NCBI GenBank assembly: GCA_040954595.2
Contig: CM082595.2
Span: forward strand, 8,104,317 to 8,168,316
DNA: 64,000 nt
Source of the DNA: Balanoglossus misakiensis
Lineage: Eukaryota; Animalia; Hemichordata
Direction of reading: 5' to 3'
The notes below the pieces were generated by a model, which was not told the origin of the DNA, did not search any database, and saw nothing but the letters and a program-made list of their open reading frames with translations. Of this stretch, positions 14,701 through 28,500 are shown piece after piece. How positions within the stretch are numbered: position 1 is the first letter of the stretch; each line of letters begins with the position of its first letter. The position numbers were made by a program, and so were the translations under genes.

Positions 14701-15884
14701 CACCTGTATATCTCATTAATTATGTGCATACCTAATTCCAGGCTCACCAATAGGGCTATAGGTTTGGTTTTTGTTGAACATGGACCTGTATAGGGTCAAA
14801 ATTTCATGCCCAAATGTTGCATGACCTCAGGTGACCTTTGACCTACTTTACCAGATCTTGGCATCCAGAGCAGGTACAGACTTGGCGTTTGGAGGGTTGG
14901 GATTAAAATTGAAAAGCCAAAATTGAGGGTCACCTGTGGCACCTGCCTACCTCATTAATTATGTGCATACCTAATTCCAGGCTAACCAATAAGACTATAG
15001 GTTTGGTTTTTGTTGAACATGGACCAGTATAGGGTCAAAATTTCTCACCCAAATTTTGCATGACCTCAGGTGACCTTTGACCTACTTTACCGTATCTTGG
15101 CATCCAGAGCAGATATGCTTATTGCTATGTTGCTATGTGCTATGTTGGCTTGGGCCCGCCATTGCTGCTTGCAGCTATATTTAGGGCCCAAGCCCAGCAG
15201 GCTTGGGCCCTATTGTTTTTACTGGAGTTTTTAGGGCCCAAGCCCAGCAGGCTTGGGCCCTATTGTTTTTACTGGAGTTTTTCTTCTTCTTTTTCTTCTT
15301 GTGCCGTTTTTTTTGTCAAGTAGATCTGGAGAACGGCTGAACCTACCAATTTCAAACTTAGCACAATGGTGCAGGCCAATGAGAGCTGGTGCAGTACCCT
15401 TGTGAATGTTTAATAAGTCATGTGACCTGATGACCATATATGGGCAAAGTTTTCAAATCGGCCTAATTTGCATATGAATGGAGATATCAAAATTCTGTTC
15501 AGATGCTTTGTGGACCACATAGCCAGGGTTCTACATGCCAAATGTCAAGGCCATAGGCCATGTCAATTTTGAGAAGAAGATTTTTAAGTATTATTTTTCA
15601 TATTTTTCGCCCAAGCCATGTGCCTATACTTTACATAGTTAAGCTATGACAACATATTATTTTGGATAAATATGCATACATATCTCAAAATCTGTTAGGC
15701 CGATCATCTCCAACTTTGGTGTGCAGCTAGCCTAGCATTTGTCAATAATTTTAAGCGGAAAAAAATAATATGAAAAATCGAACGAATTTTTTATATTAAT
15801 TTTTTTATTAAATTTATACCTTTACTTATACCTCTATGGTTAAGCTATGTCCATGTCTTATTGTGGAATTCTGGTCTGTGCAAT

Positions 15885-17868
15885 TAGTCTTCGGACTGAG
15901 CGCGCAAAGTGGGCGTGTCCATTATCACTCATTAAGTATTCAAAAAGGCTGACTACGCTGTCGAGTGTCCGGAAAATTACGGTCGGAAACAGAAATTACA
16001 AGTCGCAGTGTTTCCAACACTAAAAAAATCCAGCGAGCTTAGCTTTTAACAAAGAACTGACATTAAGTTCCTTACTCGCTGTGACAAATCTCAAAACCGA
16101 CGTGATTTTTTTACAAAAATTAACTCAGAAAAAACATCAACACTTGAATTTACCAGCCCCGCACTGCAAATTGCATGGCGATGCCTATGGAACTGACCAA
16201 AATTTGACAGATCGTGGTTGCTAAAATGGTGCTAGTGCAATATTTCAGCATATGCAGCAAGCAGCGAAACCTGCCGATTCCCAGACGACTTTCTCTGACC
16301 AATGAACCTCAATTGAATGACGAGAAATCACAATTTCTCAATGACTTTCAGTCTGCCGACTGATGACCCCAAAATGTTATGACCTTTTGAATACGCCAAC
16401 CAGTGGGTGTCGTTTAGTGCACGTGATATGCTAAATAGCGTTACTATTTCTATGGCGCCATGGTAACGTAAACAACATGCGTCAATCTCCCGCCAAGAAA
16501 GGCAAGGCTTCACGCTTTTGCTCAAAGTTTATTCGATACATCTAAGTTTGTTGTAAACAAATATCTGAATATTTATATATAAGATCATGTCAGTTATGAG
16601 TATATCTACCCACCCGTTGATCAATGATGCTGTCATCAGGCTTGAACGTCATGAAAGGGGCGTTGATATCTCTGTGTCAGAGACTGACCCATGTGATTAG
16701 GGTACACACATGGGCTCCAGTGGGGTAATTCTGCATGAAATCGCGGTTCTTACGGAAGTCAGAGGAAGTAAATATGCGTGTTTGTTCCAGATGCGTCTCT
16801 TTTTTCGCTGTTGGAGTCTTATTTTGGCCGATTGTGGGATACATGACTGCAAGCACTTCCCTTGAAATTGGTGTTAAATTCACAATACCGTTGAAAAACG
16901 ACATGGTGCATGCATCCACGCGAGGTATCTGTGTTCGATCGGTGTGATTACGAAATAACAACATGTATCGTAAGTATTTTGGGCACTGCGGACGGTCGTA
17001 CCTGATAAATTATTGATTGAAGGCCCACAAACATTCATAACCAAAATATCGACAAACTACGTTTTACGCCTCACTTCGAGTGGCTGCATATTTTTTTAGA
17101 GGCTTAGCACTAGCTAAAATAGGTTCGTATGATAACAATAAAGTATCTATGACCCCAGAAATTCGAGTTTGAATAGTTTTCACTCTTTGGATGAAAAGGC
17201 ACAAAAAATCAAACAAATCACTGCATTTTCACCCAAAAACAGTGTGTGCCAGGAAGACCCTGTCAGAAAATGTGGAATTTACGGGTAAGATGTTCTGGAC
17301 GAAAAAATGAGCATAAGAGGTGATGAGTGATTAAAATAAACACTCTGCATGACATTTGCGTCTGGATTTTTTTTACTACGACACGGCAAAATCACGGTAT
17401 TTTGCTACAAAATCGCCAATTTAACAACAACAATTGGAGACGTCCCACAGTCTCTATTCAGTCGTTGATCATGATATACGATAGTTTCCAACAAAGTTCT
17501 AATGAAATAGAGTATATACCACGTTTTTTCTCGTCCATTGAAGCTTTGGATGAAAAGGCACAAAAAATCAAAGTTGGTATATGCCTTTGAAGGCTAAAAT
17601 AGAAGGGGTCAAAGGTAACTCTTGTATTTTTATTTTTCGCAAATCTACCGAATTCATCTCTTTGATTCTCTTATTGCTTTATTTCAATAATTTTCACAAA
17701 GATAACGAAATCTGTCAAGTACTCTCAAAACATGGAAAAAAATTGGATTGAAATCTCTCCACGTACGCTGGGTTCTTGGCCGCCATAACAGAGGTCAATG
17801 AGTGCTGAAATTTCCCAGCATGCTTTGCGGTGTTTTGATAATGGGAATCGCGCTCAGTCCGAAGACTG
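15885..17868. mobile_element. Non-autonomous TIR DNA transposon (1984 bp), possibly Academ-like
   Basis: 20-bp TIRs (T/C)AGTCTTCGGACTGAGCGCG and a 3-bp TSD AAT (15882-15884, 17869-17871). It interrupts the conserved unit sequence GGTCTGTGCAATAGTCCTGTACAG. No transposase ORF. The superfamily guess rests only on YAG ends and the 3-bp TSD. Confidence 0.85.
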
Positions 17869-20800
17869 AATAGTCTTGTACAGTGACTATCTATTGGTCA
17901 GTGAGCACAATGGCACCAAAATAAAAGGCAAAATTTTAGGCTCACCTGTAACACCTGCTTAACTCATTAATTATGTGCATACCTAATTCTGGGCTAACTA
18001 AGAGGGCTAGAGGTTTCGTTCTTGTGGGAAATGGACCAGTATAGGGTCAAAATTTCTTGCCCAAATTTTGGGTGACCTCAGGTGACCTTTGACCTACTTT
18101 CCTATATCTCGGCATCCAGAGCAGGTACAGACTTGGCGTTTGGAGGGTTGGGACTAAAATTGAAAAGCCAAAATTGGGGATCACCTGTGACACCTGCCTA
18201 CCTCATTAATTATGTGCATACCTAATTCCAGGCTAACCAATAGGGCTATAGGTTTGGTTTTTGTTGAACATGGACCAGTATAGGGTCAAAATTTCTTGCC
18301 CAAATTTTGCATAACCTCAGGTGACCTTTGACCTACTTTACCATATCTTGGCATCCAGAGCTGATATGCTTATTGCTATGTTGCTATGTGCTATGTGATA
18401 TGTTGGCTTGGGCCCGCTATTGCTGCTTGCAGCTATATTTAGGGCCCAAGCCCAGCAGGCTTGGGCCCTATTGTTTTTACTGGAGTTTTTAGGGCACAAG
18501 CCCAGCAGGCTTGTGCCCTATTGTTTTTACTGGAGTTTTTCTTCTTCTTCTTCTTCTTCTTGTGCCGTTTTTTTCGTCAAGTAGATCTTGAAATCGGCTG
18601 AACCTACAAATCTAAAACTTGGCACAATGGTGCAGGCCTATGAGAGCTTGAGCTGTACCCTTGTGAATGTTTAATTAGTCATGTGACCTGATGACCATAT
18701 ATGGGCAAAATTTTCAAATCGGCCTTATTTGCATATGCATGAAGATATCAAAATTCTTTTAGCAACTTTTGTGGACCATGTGGTCAGGGTTCTACATGCC
18801 AAATGTCAAGGCCATTGGCCATGCCAATTTTGAGAAGAAGATTTTTAAGTATTATTTTTCATATTTTTCACCCAAGCCATGGGCCTATACTTTCCATAGT
18901 AAAGCTATGACCACATACTATTTTGGATAAATATGCATACATATCTCAAAATCTGTTAGGCCAATCATCTCCAACTTTGGTGTGCAGCTAGCCTAGCATA
19001 TGTCAATAATTTTAAGCGAAAAAAAATAATATGAAAAATCGACCGATTTTTTTATATTAATTTTTTTATGAAATTTATACCTTTACTTATACCTCTATGG
19101 TTAAGCTATGTCCATGTCTTATTGTGGAATTCTGGTTTGTGCAATAGTCCTGTACAGTGACTGTCTATTGGTCAGTGAGCACAATGGCACCAAAATAAAA
19201 GGCACAATTTTAGGCTCACCTGTAACACCTGCTTAACTCATTAATTATGTGCATACCTAATTCTGGGTTAACTAAGAGGGCTATAGGTTTCGTTCTTGTG
19301 GGACATGGACCAGTATAGGGTCAAAATTTCTTGCCCAAATTTTGGGTGACCTCAGGCGACCTTTGACCTACTTTCCTATATTTCCGCATCTAGAGCAGGT
19401 ACAGACTTGGTGTTTGGAGGTTTGGGACTAAAATTGAAAAGCCAAAATGGGGGTCACCTGTGACACCTGCATATCTCATTAATTATGTGCATACCTAATT
19501 CCAGGCTAACCAATAGGGCTATAGGTTTGGTTTTTGTTGAACATAAACCAGTATAGGGTCAAAATTTCTTGCCCAAATTGTGCATGACCTCAGGTGACCT
19601 TTGACCTACTTTACCATATCTCGGCATCCAGAGCAGGTACAGACTTGGCGTTTGGAGGGTTGGGACTAAAATTGAAAAGCCAAAATTGGGGGTCACCTGT
19701 GACACCTGCCTACCTCATTAATTATGTGCTTACCTAACTCCAGGCTAACCAATAGGGCTATAGGTTTGGTTTTTGTTGAACATTGACCAGTATAGGGTCA
19801 AAATTTCTTGCCCAAATTTTGTATGACCTCAGGTGACCTTTGACCTACTTTACCATATCTCGGCATCCAGAGCAGGTACAGACTTGGCGTTTGGAGGGTT
19901 GGGACTAAAATTGAAAAGGCAACACTGGGGGTCACCTGTGACACCCACCTACCTCATTAATTATGTGCATACCTAATTCCAGGCTAACCAATAGGGTTAT
20001 AGGTTTGGTTTTTGTTGAACATGGACCAGTATAGGGTCAAAATTTCTTGCCCAAATTTTGCATGAACACAGGTGACCTTTGACCTACTTTACCATATCTT
20101 GGCATCCAGAGCAGATATGCTTATTGCTATGTTGCTATGTGCTATGTTGGCTTGGGCCCGCTATTGCTGCTTGCAGCTATATTTCTTCTTCTTCTTCTTC
20201 TTCTTTTTCTTCTTGTGCCGTTTTTTTCGTCAAGTGGATCTTGAAAACGGCTGAACCTACAAATCTGAAACTTGGCACAATGGTGCAGGCCTATGAGAGC
20301 TTGAGCTGTACCCTTGTGAATGTTTAATTAGTCATGTGACCTGATGACCATATATGGGCAAAATTTTCAAATCGGCCTTATTTGCATATGCATGAAGATA
20401 TCAAAATTCTTTTAGCAACTTTTACGGACCATATGGCCAGGGTTCTACATGCCAAATGTCAAGGCCATAGGCCTTGTCAGTTTTGAGAAGAAGATGTTTA
20501 AGTATTATTTTACATATTTTTTCACCAAGCCATGGGCCTATACTTTCCATAGTAAAGCTATGACCACATATTATTTTGGATAAATATGCATACATATCTC
20601 AAAATTTGTTAGGCCGATCATCTCCAACTTTGGTGTGCAGCTAGCCTAGCTTTTGTCAATAATTTTAAGCGAAAAAAAATAATATGAAAAATCGACCGAT
20701 TTTTTTATATTAATTTTTTTTATTAAATTTATACCTTTACTTATACCTCTATGGTTAAGCTATGCCGTGTCTTATTGTGGAATTCTGGTCTGTGCAATAG

Positions 20801-22372
20801 TCCTGTACAGTGACTGTCTATTGGTCAGTGAGCACAATGGCACCAAAATAAAAGGCACAATTTTAGGCTCACCTGTAACACCTGCTTAACTCATTAATTA
20901 TGTGCATACCTAATTCCAGGCTAACCAATAGGGCTATAGGTTTGGTTTTTGTTGAACATGGACCAGTATAGGGTCAAAATTTCTTGCCCAAATTTTGCAT
21001 GTCCTCAGGTGACCTTTGACCTACTTTACCAGATCTTGGCATCCAGAGCAGGTACAGACTTGGCGTTTGGAGGGTTGGGACTAAAATTGAAAAGGCAAAA
21101 TTGGGGGTCACCTGTGACACCTGCCTACCTCATTAATTATGTGCATACCTAATTCCAGGCTAACCAATAGGGCTATAGGTTTGGTTTTTGTTGAACATGG
21201 ACCAGTATAGGGTCAAAATTTCTTGCCCAAATTTTGTCTGACCTCAGGTGACCTTTGACCTACTTTACCATATCTTGGCATCCAGAGCAGGTACAGACTT
21301 GGCGTTTGGAGGGTTGGGACTAAAATTGAAAAGGCAACACTGGGGGTCACCTGTGACACCTGCCTACCTCATTAATTATGTGCATACCTAATTCCAGGCT
21401 AACCAATAGGGTTATAGGTTTGGTTTTTGTTGAACATGGACCAGTATAGGGTCAAAATTTCTTGCCCAAATTTTGTATGACCTCAGGTGACCTTTGACCT
21501 ACTTTACCATATCTTGGCATCCAGAGCAGGTATAGACTTGGCGTTTGGAGGGTTGGGACTAAAATTGAAAAGGCAACACTGGGGGTCACCTGTGACACCT
21601 GCCTACCTCATTAATTATGTGCATACCTAATTCCAGGCTAACCAATAGGGTTATAGGTTTGTTTTTTGTTGAACATGGACCAGAATAGGGTCAACATTTC
21701 TTGCCCAAATTTTGCATGAACTCAGGTGACCTTTGACCTACTTTACCATATCTTAGCATCCAGAGCAGATATGCTTATTGCTATGTTGCTCTGTGCTGTG
21801 TTGGCTTGGGCCCGCTATTGCTGCTTGCAGCTATATTTCTTCTTCTTCTTCTTGTGCCGTTTTTTTCGTCAAGTACATCTTGAAAACGGCTGAACCTACA
21901 AATCTCAAACTTGGCACAATGGTGCAGGCCAATAAGAGCATGAGCTGTACCCTTGTGAATGTTTAATAAGTCATGTGACCTGATGACCATATTTGGGCAA
22001 AATTTTCAAATCGGCCTTATTTGCATATGCATGGTGATATCAAAATTCTTTTAGCAACTTTTGCTGACCATGAGGTCATTGTCCTACATGCCAAATTTCA
22101 AGGCCATAGGCCATGTCAATTTTGAGAAGAAGATTTTTAAGTATTATTTTTCATATTTTTCGCCCAAGCCATGGGCCTATACGTTACATAGTAAAGCTAT
22201 GACCACATATTATTTTGGATAAATATGCATACATATCTCAAAATCATCTCAAACTTTGGTGTGCAGCTAGCCTAGCATTTGTCAATCATTTTAAGCGAAA
22301 AAAAATAATATGAAAAATCGACCGATTTTTTTATATTAATGTTTTAAATTAAATTTATACCTTTCTACTTAA

Positions 22373-22546
22373 AGGTATACGGTCACCTCCAATTTACATA
22401 TCGCCATATATAGTTGAAATGGCGTATTTAAGTGTTCTAAAGAACGCTTTATTTTCGCGTGTGCCACCCACTGAAAATCTGTGATTGGTTAGATCTCGAT
22501 TTACCATGGTAACTGTGGCTAAATTTGTATAGGTGACCATATACCT
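22373..22546. mobile_element. 174-bp MITE, Kolobok-like ends
   Basis: 16-bp TIRs AGGTATA(C/T)GGTCACCT flanked by TTAA (left) and TTAT (right). It is absent from the homologous site (TACCTTTACTTATACCTC) in the other units. Confidence 0.78.
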
Positions 22547-23889
22547 TTATTATACCTCTATAGTTAAGCTATGTACACGTCTTAGTGTGGAATTCTGGTC
22601 TGTGCAACGGTCCTGTACAGTGACTGTCTATTGGGCAGTGAGCACAATGGGACCAAAATAACAGGCAAAATTTCAGGCTCACCTGTAACACCTGCTTAAC
22701 TAATGAATTATGTGCATACCTAATTCCGGGCTAACTAATAGGCCTAGAGGTTTTGTTCTTGTGGGACATGGACCAGTATGGGGTCAAAATTTCTTGCCCA
22801 AATTTTGGGTGACCTCAGGTGACCTTTCACCTACTTTACCATATCTTGGCATCCAGAGCAGGTACAAACTTGGCGCTTGCAGGGTTGGGACTAAAATTGA
22901 AAAGCCAGAATGGGGGTCACCTGTGACACCTGCATATCTCATTAATTATGCGCATACCTAATTCCAGGCTAATAAATAGGGCTATAGGTTTGGTTTTTGT
23001 TGAACATGGACCAGTATGGGGTCAAAATTTCTTGCCCAAATTTTGGGTGACCTCAGGTGACCTTTCACCTACTTTACCATATCTTGGCATCCAGAGCAGG
23101 TACAAACTTGGCGCTTGCAGGGTTGGGACTAAAATTGAAAAGCCAGAATGGGGGTCACCTGTGACACCTGCATATCTCATTAATTATGCGCATACCTAAT
23201 TCCAGGCTAACAAATAAGGCTATAGGTTTGGTTTTTGTTGAACATGGACCAGTATAGGGTCAAAATTTATTGCCCAAATGTTGCATGACCTAAAGTGACC
23301 TTTGACCTACTTTACCATATCTTAGCATCCAGAGCAGGTACAAACTTGGCGCTTGCAGGGTTGGGACTAAAATTGAAAAGCCAGAATGGGGGTCACCTGT
23401 GACACCTGCATATCTCATTAATTATGCGCATACCTAATTCCAGGCTAACAAATAAGGCTATAGGTTTGGTTTTTGTTGAACATGGACCAGTATAGGGTCA
23501 AAATTTATTGCCCAAATGTTGCATGACCTAAAGTGACCTTTGACCTACTTTACCATATCTTAGCATCCAGAGCAGGTACAAACTTGGTGTTTTGAGGGTT
23601 GGGACTGAAAGTGAAAAGCCAAAATTGGGGGTCACCTGTGACACCTGCATATCTCATTAATTATGTGCATACCTAATTCCAGGCTAACCAATAGGGCTAT
23701 AGGTTTGGTTTTTATTGAACATGGACTAGTATAGGGTCAAAATTTCTTGCCCAAATTTTTGCATGACCTCAGGTGACCTTTGACCTACTTTACCATATCA
23801 TGGCATCAAGAGCAGATATGCTTATTGCTATGTTGCCATGTGCTATGTTGGCTTGGGCCCGCTATTGCTGCTTGCAGCTATATTCTTTT

Positions 23890-24095
23890 TAGGGCACAAG
23901 CCCCACAGGCTTGTGCCCTATTGGTATTGTTGGCTTTTTAGGGCCCAAGCCCAGCAGGCTTGGGCCCTATTGGTATTACTGGGGTTTTTTAGGGCCCAAG
24001 CGCATACCAGCGCTTGGGCCCTATTGGTTTCGTTGGGGTTTTTTAGGGCCCAAGCGCGCGCAAGCGCTTGGGCCCTATTGGTTTCGTTGGGGTTT
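23890..24095 (+). other. Stack of four Helentron left-end hairpins (23890, 23939, 23990, 24044)
   Basis: Four palindromes ~50 bp apart with different loops (CCCAC, CCAGC, GCATACCA, GCGCGCAA) and different downstream tags (GGTATTGTTGG, GGTATTACTGG, GGTTTCGTTGG x2). Confidence 0.95.
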
Positions 24096-25509
24096 TTCTT
24101 TCTTTCTTTTTTCTTGTGTCAATTTCTTCGGCCAACGAGATCTCTGAAACTACTGCAGGTACACTTCTCAAACTTGCTACAGTGGTCAAGGTCAATGAGT
24201 AGATGTGCAGTGACTTGTGAATAATTAATTAGTCACGTGATCTGGCGGCCATATTGGATTTTCTGAAAAAATTCAAATCTCAGATCTCAGAAACTACAAG
24301 TCAGATCGACTTCAAATTTGGCATGCAGGTAGACTACCTTCTACCCATCATTTTTGTAATTGGAAATTTTGCTGTCAATGTTGCAGTTTTTTTGCTACAA
24401 TTTTTTTCCTGAAATCTGGCTTAAATTTCAAAAATCTTCTTCTCCAGAACCAGTGATAACCGAGACACGGGGTTTGGGGTATGTGGTCACCTAACTGATG
24501 TCTATCAAGTTTGCGAAGATCATTGTGATTGGTCGAAGATTATGGCGGCCATATTGGATTTTCGAAAAACCATAGTTAAACTCCAAAAATCTTCTTCTCC
24601 AGGACGGGAGATGACTGAGTCGCAAGATTCGGGGAGTATGGTCACTACACTGATGTCTATCAAGTTTGCAAAGAGCATTGTGATTGGTCGAAGATTATGG
24701 CGGCCATATTGGATTTTGTAAAAAGCAGTGAAAAATTGAAATTCCTTTTTCTAGTCTAAAAATTGATAACATACAAATTCTTTTTATGGATATCAATCGT
24801 CATGTGACTAAAATATGTTACAATTTTTTGGCGATTTTTCACATGACCTTTGACCTACTTATCACGCGTTATTATTTCTGCATATCTAATTCCAGGCTAA
24901 CCTATAGGGCTAGACGTTTGGTTTTTGATGAATGGGGATTAGTGTGTGATCAAAATATTTTGCTACTTTTCATGACCCCTTTGACCTCTGCTGACCTCAT
25001 TAATTATGTGCATAGCTAATTACAGGCGAACCAATAGAGCTAGAGGTTTGGTTTTTGTTGGACACAGACAAGTATGGGATCAAAAATTTTTGCCCAAATG
25101 TTGCGTGACCTCTGGTGACCTTTGACCTACTTTCGCATATCTCAGCATCCAGAGCAGATACAGCCATGGCATTTGGTAGGATGGGACCAAAATGTAAAGC
25201 CACATTTTTGGGTCACCTGTGACACCTGCTGACCTCATTAAATATGCACATACCTAATTACAGGCGAACCAATAGAGCTAGAGTTTTGGTTTTTGTTGGA
25301 CATGGACCAGTATGGGTAAAAAAAAATTGCCCAAATGTTGGGTGACCTTAGGTGACCTTTCACCTACTTTCAGCAGCAAAAATACACACATCTTTGTTAT
25401 GTCATGAGATAATACAGCCGATAGAAAATTATGTTTCTTCTCATTCATACTGTGCATATATAATTCAAGATCAGCGCTTGGGCCCGACAATGCTGCTCGC
25501 AGCTTTAAT
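24044..25509 (+). mobile_element. Non-autonomous Helentron derivative, subfamily II, nested just inside the left end of the autonomous element
   Basis: It has its own left hairpin at 24044 and right end at 25475-25509, and is homologous to 109-1808. Confidence 0.82.
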
Positions 25510-28500
25510 CTTTCTTTCTTTCTTTCTTTCTTTCTTTATTCTTCTGTCAATTCTTTGTCGCTCTAGATCTCAGACACCGCTGCAGGTACACTTCTGAAAC
25601 TTGCTACAGTGGTCAAGGTCAATGAGTAGTCGTGCATTGAACCCTTGAATTTTTAATTAGTCACGTGACCTGGCGGCCATATTGGATTTTCTGAAAAAAT
25701 GCAAATCTCAGATCTCAGAAACTACAAGTCAGATCGACTTCAAATTTGGTGTGCAGGTAGTCTACCTTCTACCCATCATTTTTGTAATTGGATATTTTGC
25801 TGTAAATGTTGCAGTTTTTTTGCTACAATTTTGTTTCTGAAATCTGGCTTAAATTTCAAAAATCTTCTTCTCCAGAACCGGTGATAACTGAGTCACGCGG
25901 TTTGGGGTATGTGGTCACCTAACTGATGTCTATCAAGTTTGCGAAGATCATTGTGATTGGTCGAAGATTATGGCGGCCATATTGGATTTTCGAAAAACCA
26001 TAGTAAAACTTCAAAAATCTTCTTCTCAAGAACGGGCGATAACCGAGTCACAAGATTTGGTGTGTGTGGTCATTAAACAGATGTCTATCAAGTTTGCGAA
26101 GGGTAATGTGATTGGTCGAAGATTATGGCGGCCATATTGGATTTTGTGAAAAACGATTAAAAAGTAAAAATTCCTTTTCTAGCCTAAAAATTGATAGCAC
26201 AGAAATTCTTTTTATGGATATGAATCATCATATGAAAAGAATAAGCTATAAATATTTTGGTAATTTTGGCAATGACCTTTGACCTACTTTTGACGCATCA
26301 TTTTTCTGCATATCTAATTCCAGGCTAACCAATAGGGCTATAAGTTTGGTTTTTGATGTATGTGGATTTGTATGTGATCAAAAAATTTTGCTACTTTTCA
26401 TGACCCCTTTGACCTCTGGTGACCTCATTAAATATGCGCATACCTAATTAATGATGAACCAATAGACCTAGAGGTTTTGTTTTTGTTATACATGGACCAG
26501 TATGGGGTCAAAATATTTTGCCCAAATGTTGGGTGACCTCGGGTGACCTTTGACCTACTTTTGCATATCTCGACATCCACAGCAGATACAGCCTTGGCGT
26601 TTGGAGGTACATGTATGGGGCCATACGGAAAAGACAAAGTTTTGGGTGACCTGTGACACCTGCTTGACTCATTATTTATGTGCATACCTAATTCTGGGCT
26701 AACCAAAAGGGCTAGAGGTTTTGTTTTTGTTATACATGGACCAGTATGGGGTCAAAATATTTTGCCCAAATGTTGGGTGACCTCGGGTGACCTTTGACCT
26801 ACTTTTGCATAACTTGACATCCACCGCAGATACAGCCTTGGCGTTTGGAGGTATGGGGCCATAATGAAAAGCCAAAGTTTTGGCTCACCTGTGACACCTG
26901 CTTAACTCATTATTTATGTGCATACCTAATTCTGGGCTAACCAAAAGGGCTAGAGGTCTGGTTTTTGTTGGACATGGACCACTATGGGTCAAAAATTTCT
27001 GCCCAAATTGTGGGTGACCTCAGATGACCTTTGACCTACTTTTGCATATCTCGACATCCACAGCAGATACAGCCTTGGCGTTTGGAGGTATGGGGCCATA
27101 ATGAAAAGCCAAAGGTTTGTGTCACCTGTGACACCTGCTTTACTCATTATTTATGTGCATACCTAATTCCAGGCTAACCAAAAGGGCTAGAGGTCTGGTT
27201 TTTGTTGTACATGGACCACTATGGGTCAAAATTTTCTGCCCAAATTTTCGGTGACCTCGGGTGACCTTTGACCTACCTTTGCATATCTCGACATCCACAG
27301 CAGATACAGCCTTTGTATTTGGAGGTATGAGGCTATAATGAAAAGCCAAAGTTTTGGGTCACCTATGACACCTGCTTTACGCATTTATTATGTGCATACA
27401 TAATTACAGGTTTACCAACACGGCTTCAGGTCTGGTGTTTGTTCGACATGGACATAGTATGGGGTCAAACTATTTTGTCCGAATATCGGTGTGGCCTTAG
27501 GTGACCTTTGATTTACTTTCGTATATATCAGCATCCATAGTAGGTTCATTCTTGTCCCTGGGGTGACCTTGTCTTATTTTTCCATATCTCGTCTTTCAGA
27601 GCAGATAAAGTATTTGTATTTGGTATGTTGAAACACTTTACGGGTTGTTATACTTAAGCAAATTGTATGCCTAATAATAAGAGGGCCATAGATGTTTTGT
27701 GTTTTGGATATGTACTAGTATGTGACAAAATTAAATGATAAAGTTTGTATGGCCATTGGGTGATATATCAGCCAAACCAGATATATTGTACAGAGTAAAG
27801 ATAGATAAGAAAATCAGACATAGAAGTTATGTTTTAAGTGGTCAGAGACCTATAATGTACATTAAAATAAAGAGATAACTACAATAAAGGCTGCTTTCAA
27901 ACAAGCACTGATTCAACTGAAAGGTTTATCTTAAATAAATAAAAGGTTGATAACAGTAGAGGTTTGTGTTTGTTATTGCAAGAATAAGATATCAAATCAG
28001 GTCGAATAATCAATATCATTCAAGGTAAGCTAATTACCAGGTCCAAATAATAAATAAGAGAAAAATGACAATTTCTACAGGATCATTTTGAACCATCTGC
28101 TAAGCTCTTGTACTAGGTGTCCGGAATGGGTAAGTGTACCCTCCTAGCATGTTACACCCGTCAAGACTGACCACAAGTGACAAATTGTAGTAAAATTTGT
28201 CTTAACTACCAAATTACTGATGCAAGTTAAATCCAGGAATGCTGTCACTCATCATTTGAGTAACAGACGGCATTTTTGGAAACAACATCATCTATCTACC
28301 ATAGAACTACTTAAATGACCTAATTGTTCTGCTTTTGCAGAATCCTTATCTTACAAGCTTGAACATTAATAAGCTGTGTCTTACTCTAAAATCCTCATAT
28401 GAATCACATGCTCTACAGTATCTTAGGCACTGTTTTTGGCTATTATGTGATGATGCACACTTTGCCATTTATAATTCATCTGTTACCCAGTAGTTTTATA

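Larger units (their letters stand above)
1809..23884 (+). mobile_element. Series of subfamily I non-autonomous Helentron units (HINE-like), each ~1.2-3.3 kb
   Basis: Each unit has a (CTT)n tract, a ~650-bp shared body (AGATCT...GCACAATGGTGCAGGCC...TTTTGAGAAGAAGATTTTTAAG), a variable number of ~238-bp repeats, and ends in GCTATGTTGGCTTGGGCCCGCTATTGCTGCTTGCAGCTATATT. Confidence 0.88.
1083..27600. repeat. ~238-240 bp tandem repeat blocks internal to each Helentron unit (CTCATTAATTATGTGCATACCTAATTCCAGGCTAACCAATAGGGCTA...GTGACCTCAGGTGACCTTTGACCTACTTT...GGGGTCACCTGTGACACCTG); also present at 45320-49050
   Basis: Direct repetition is visible. Identical short ORFs recur at 238-bp offsets (1083/1321/1559; 22710/22948). 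Copy number per unit varies from about 2 to 6. Confidence 0.95.

Noticed and set aside
2-27349. Many 60-130 aa ORFs in the repeat cluster
   Set aside because: They are translations of the 238-bp repeats, terminal hairpins and (CTT)n tracts, recur at repeat offsets and have no protein motifs.
28105-28165. Short motif (minus strand TGACGGGTGTAACATGC...CTTACCCATTCCGGACACCT) reminiscent of a structured Penelope-associated repeat end
   Set aside because: Too short and degenerate; no ribozyme core or associated ORF could be verified.
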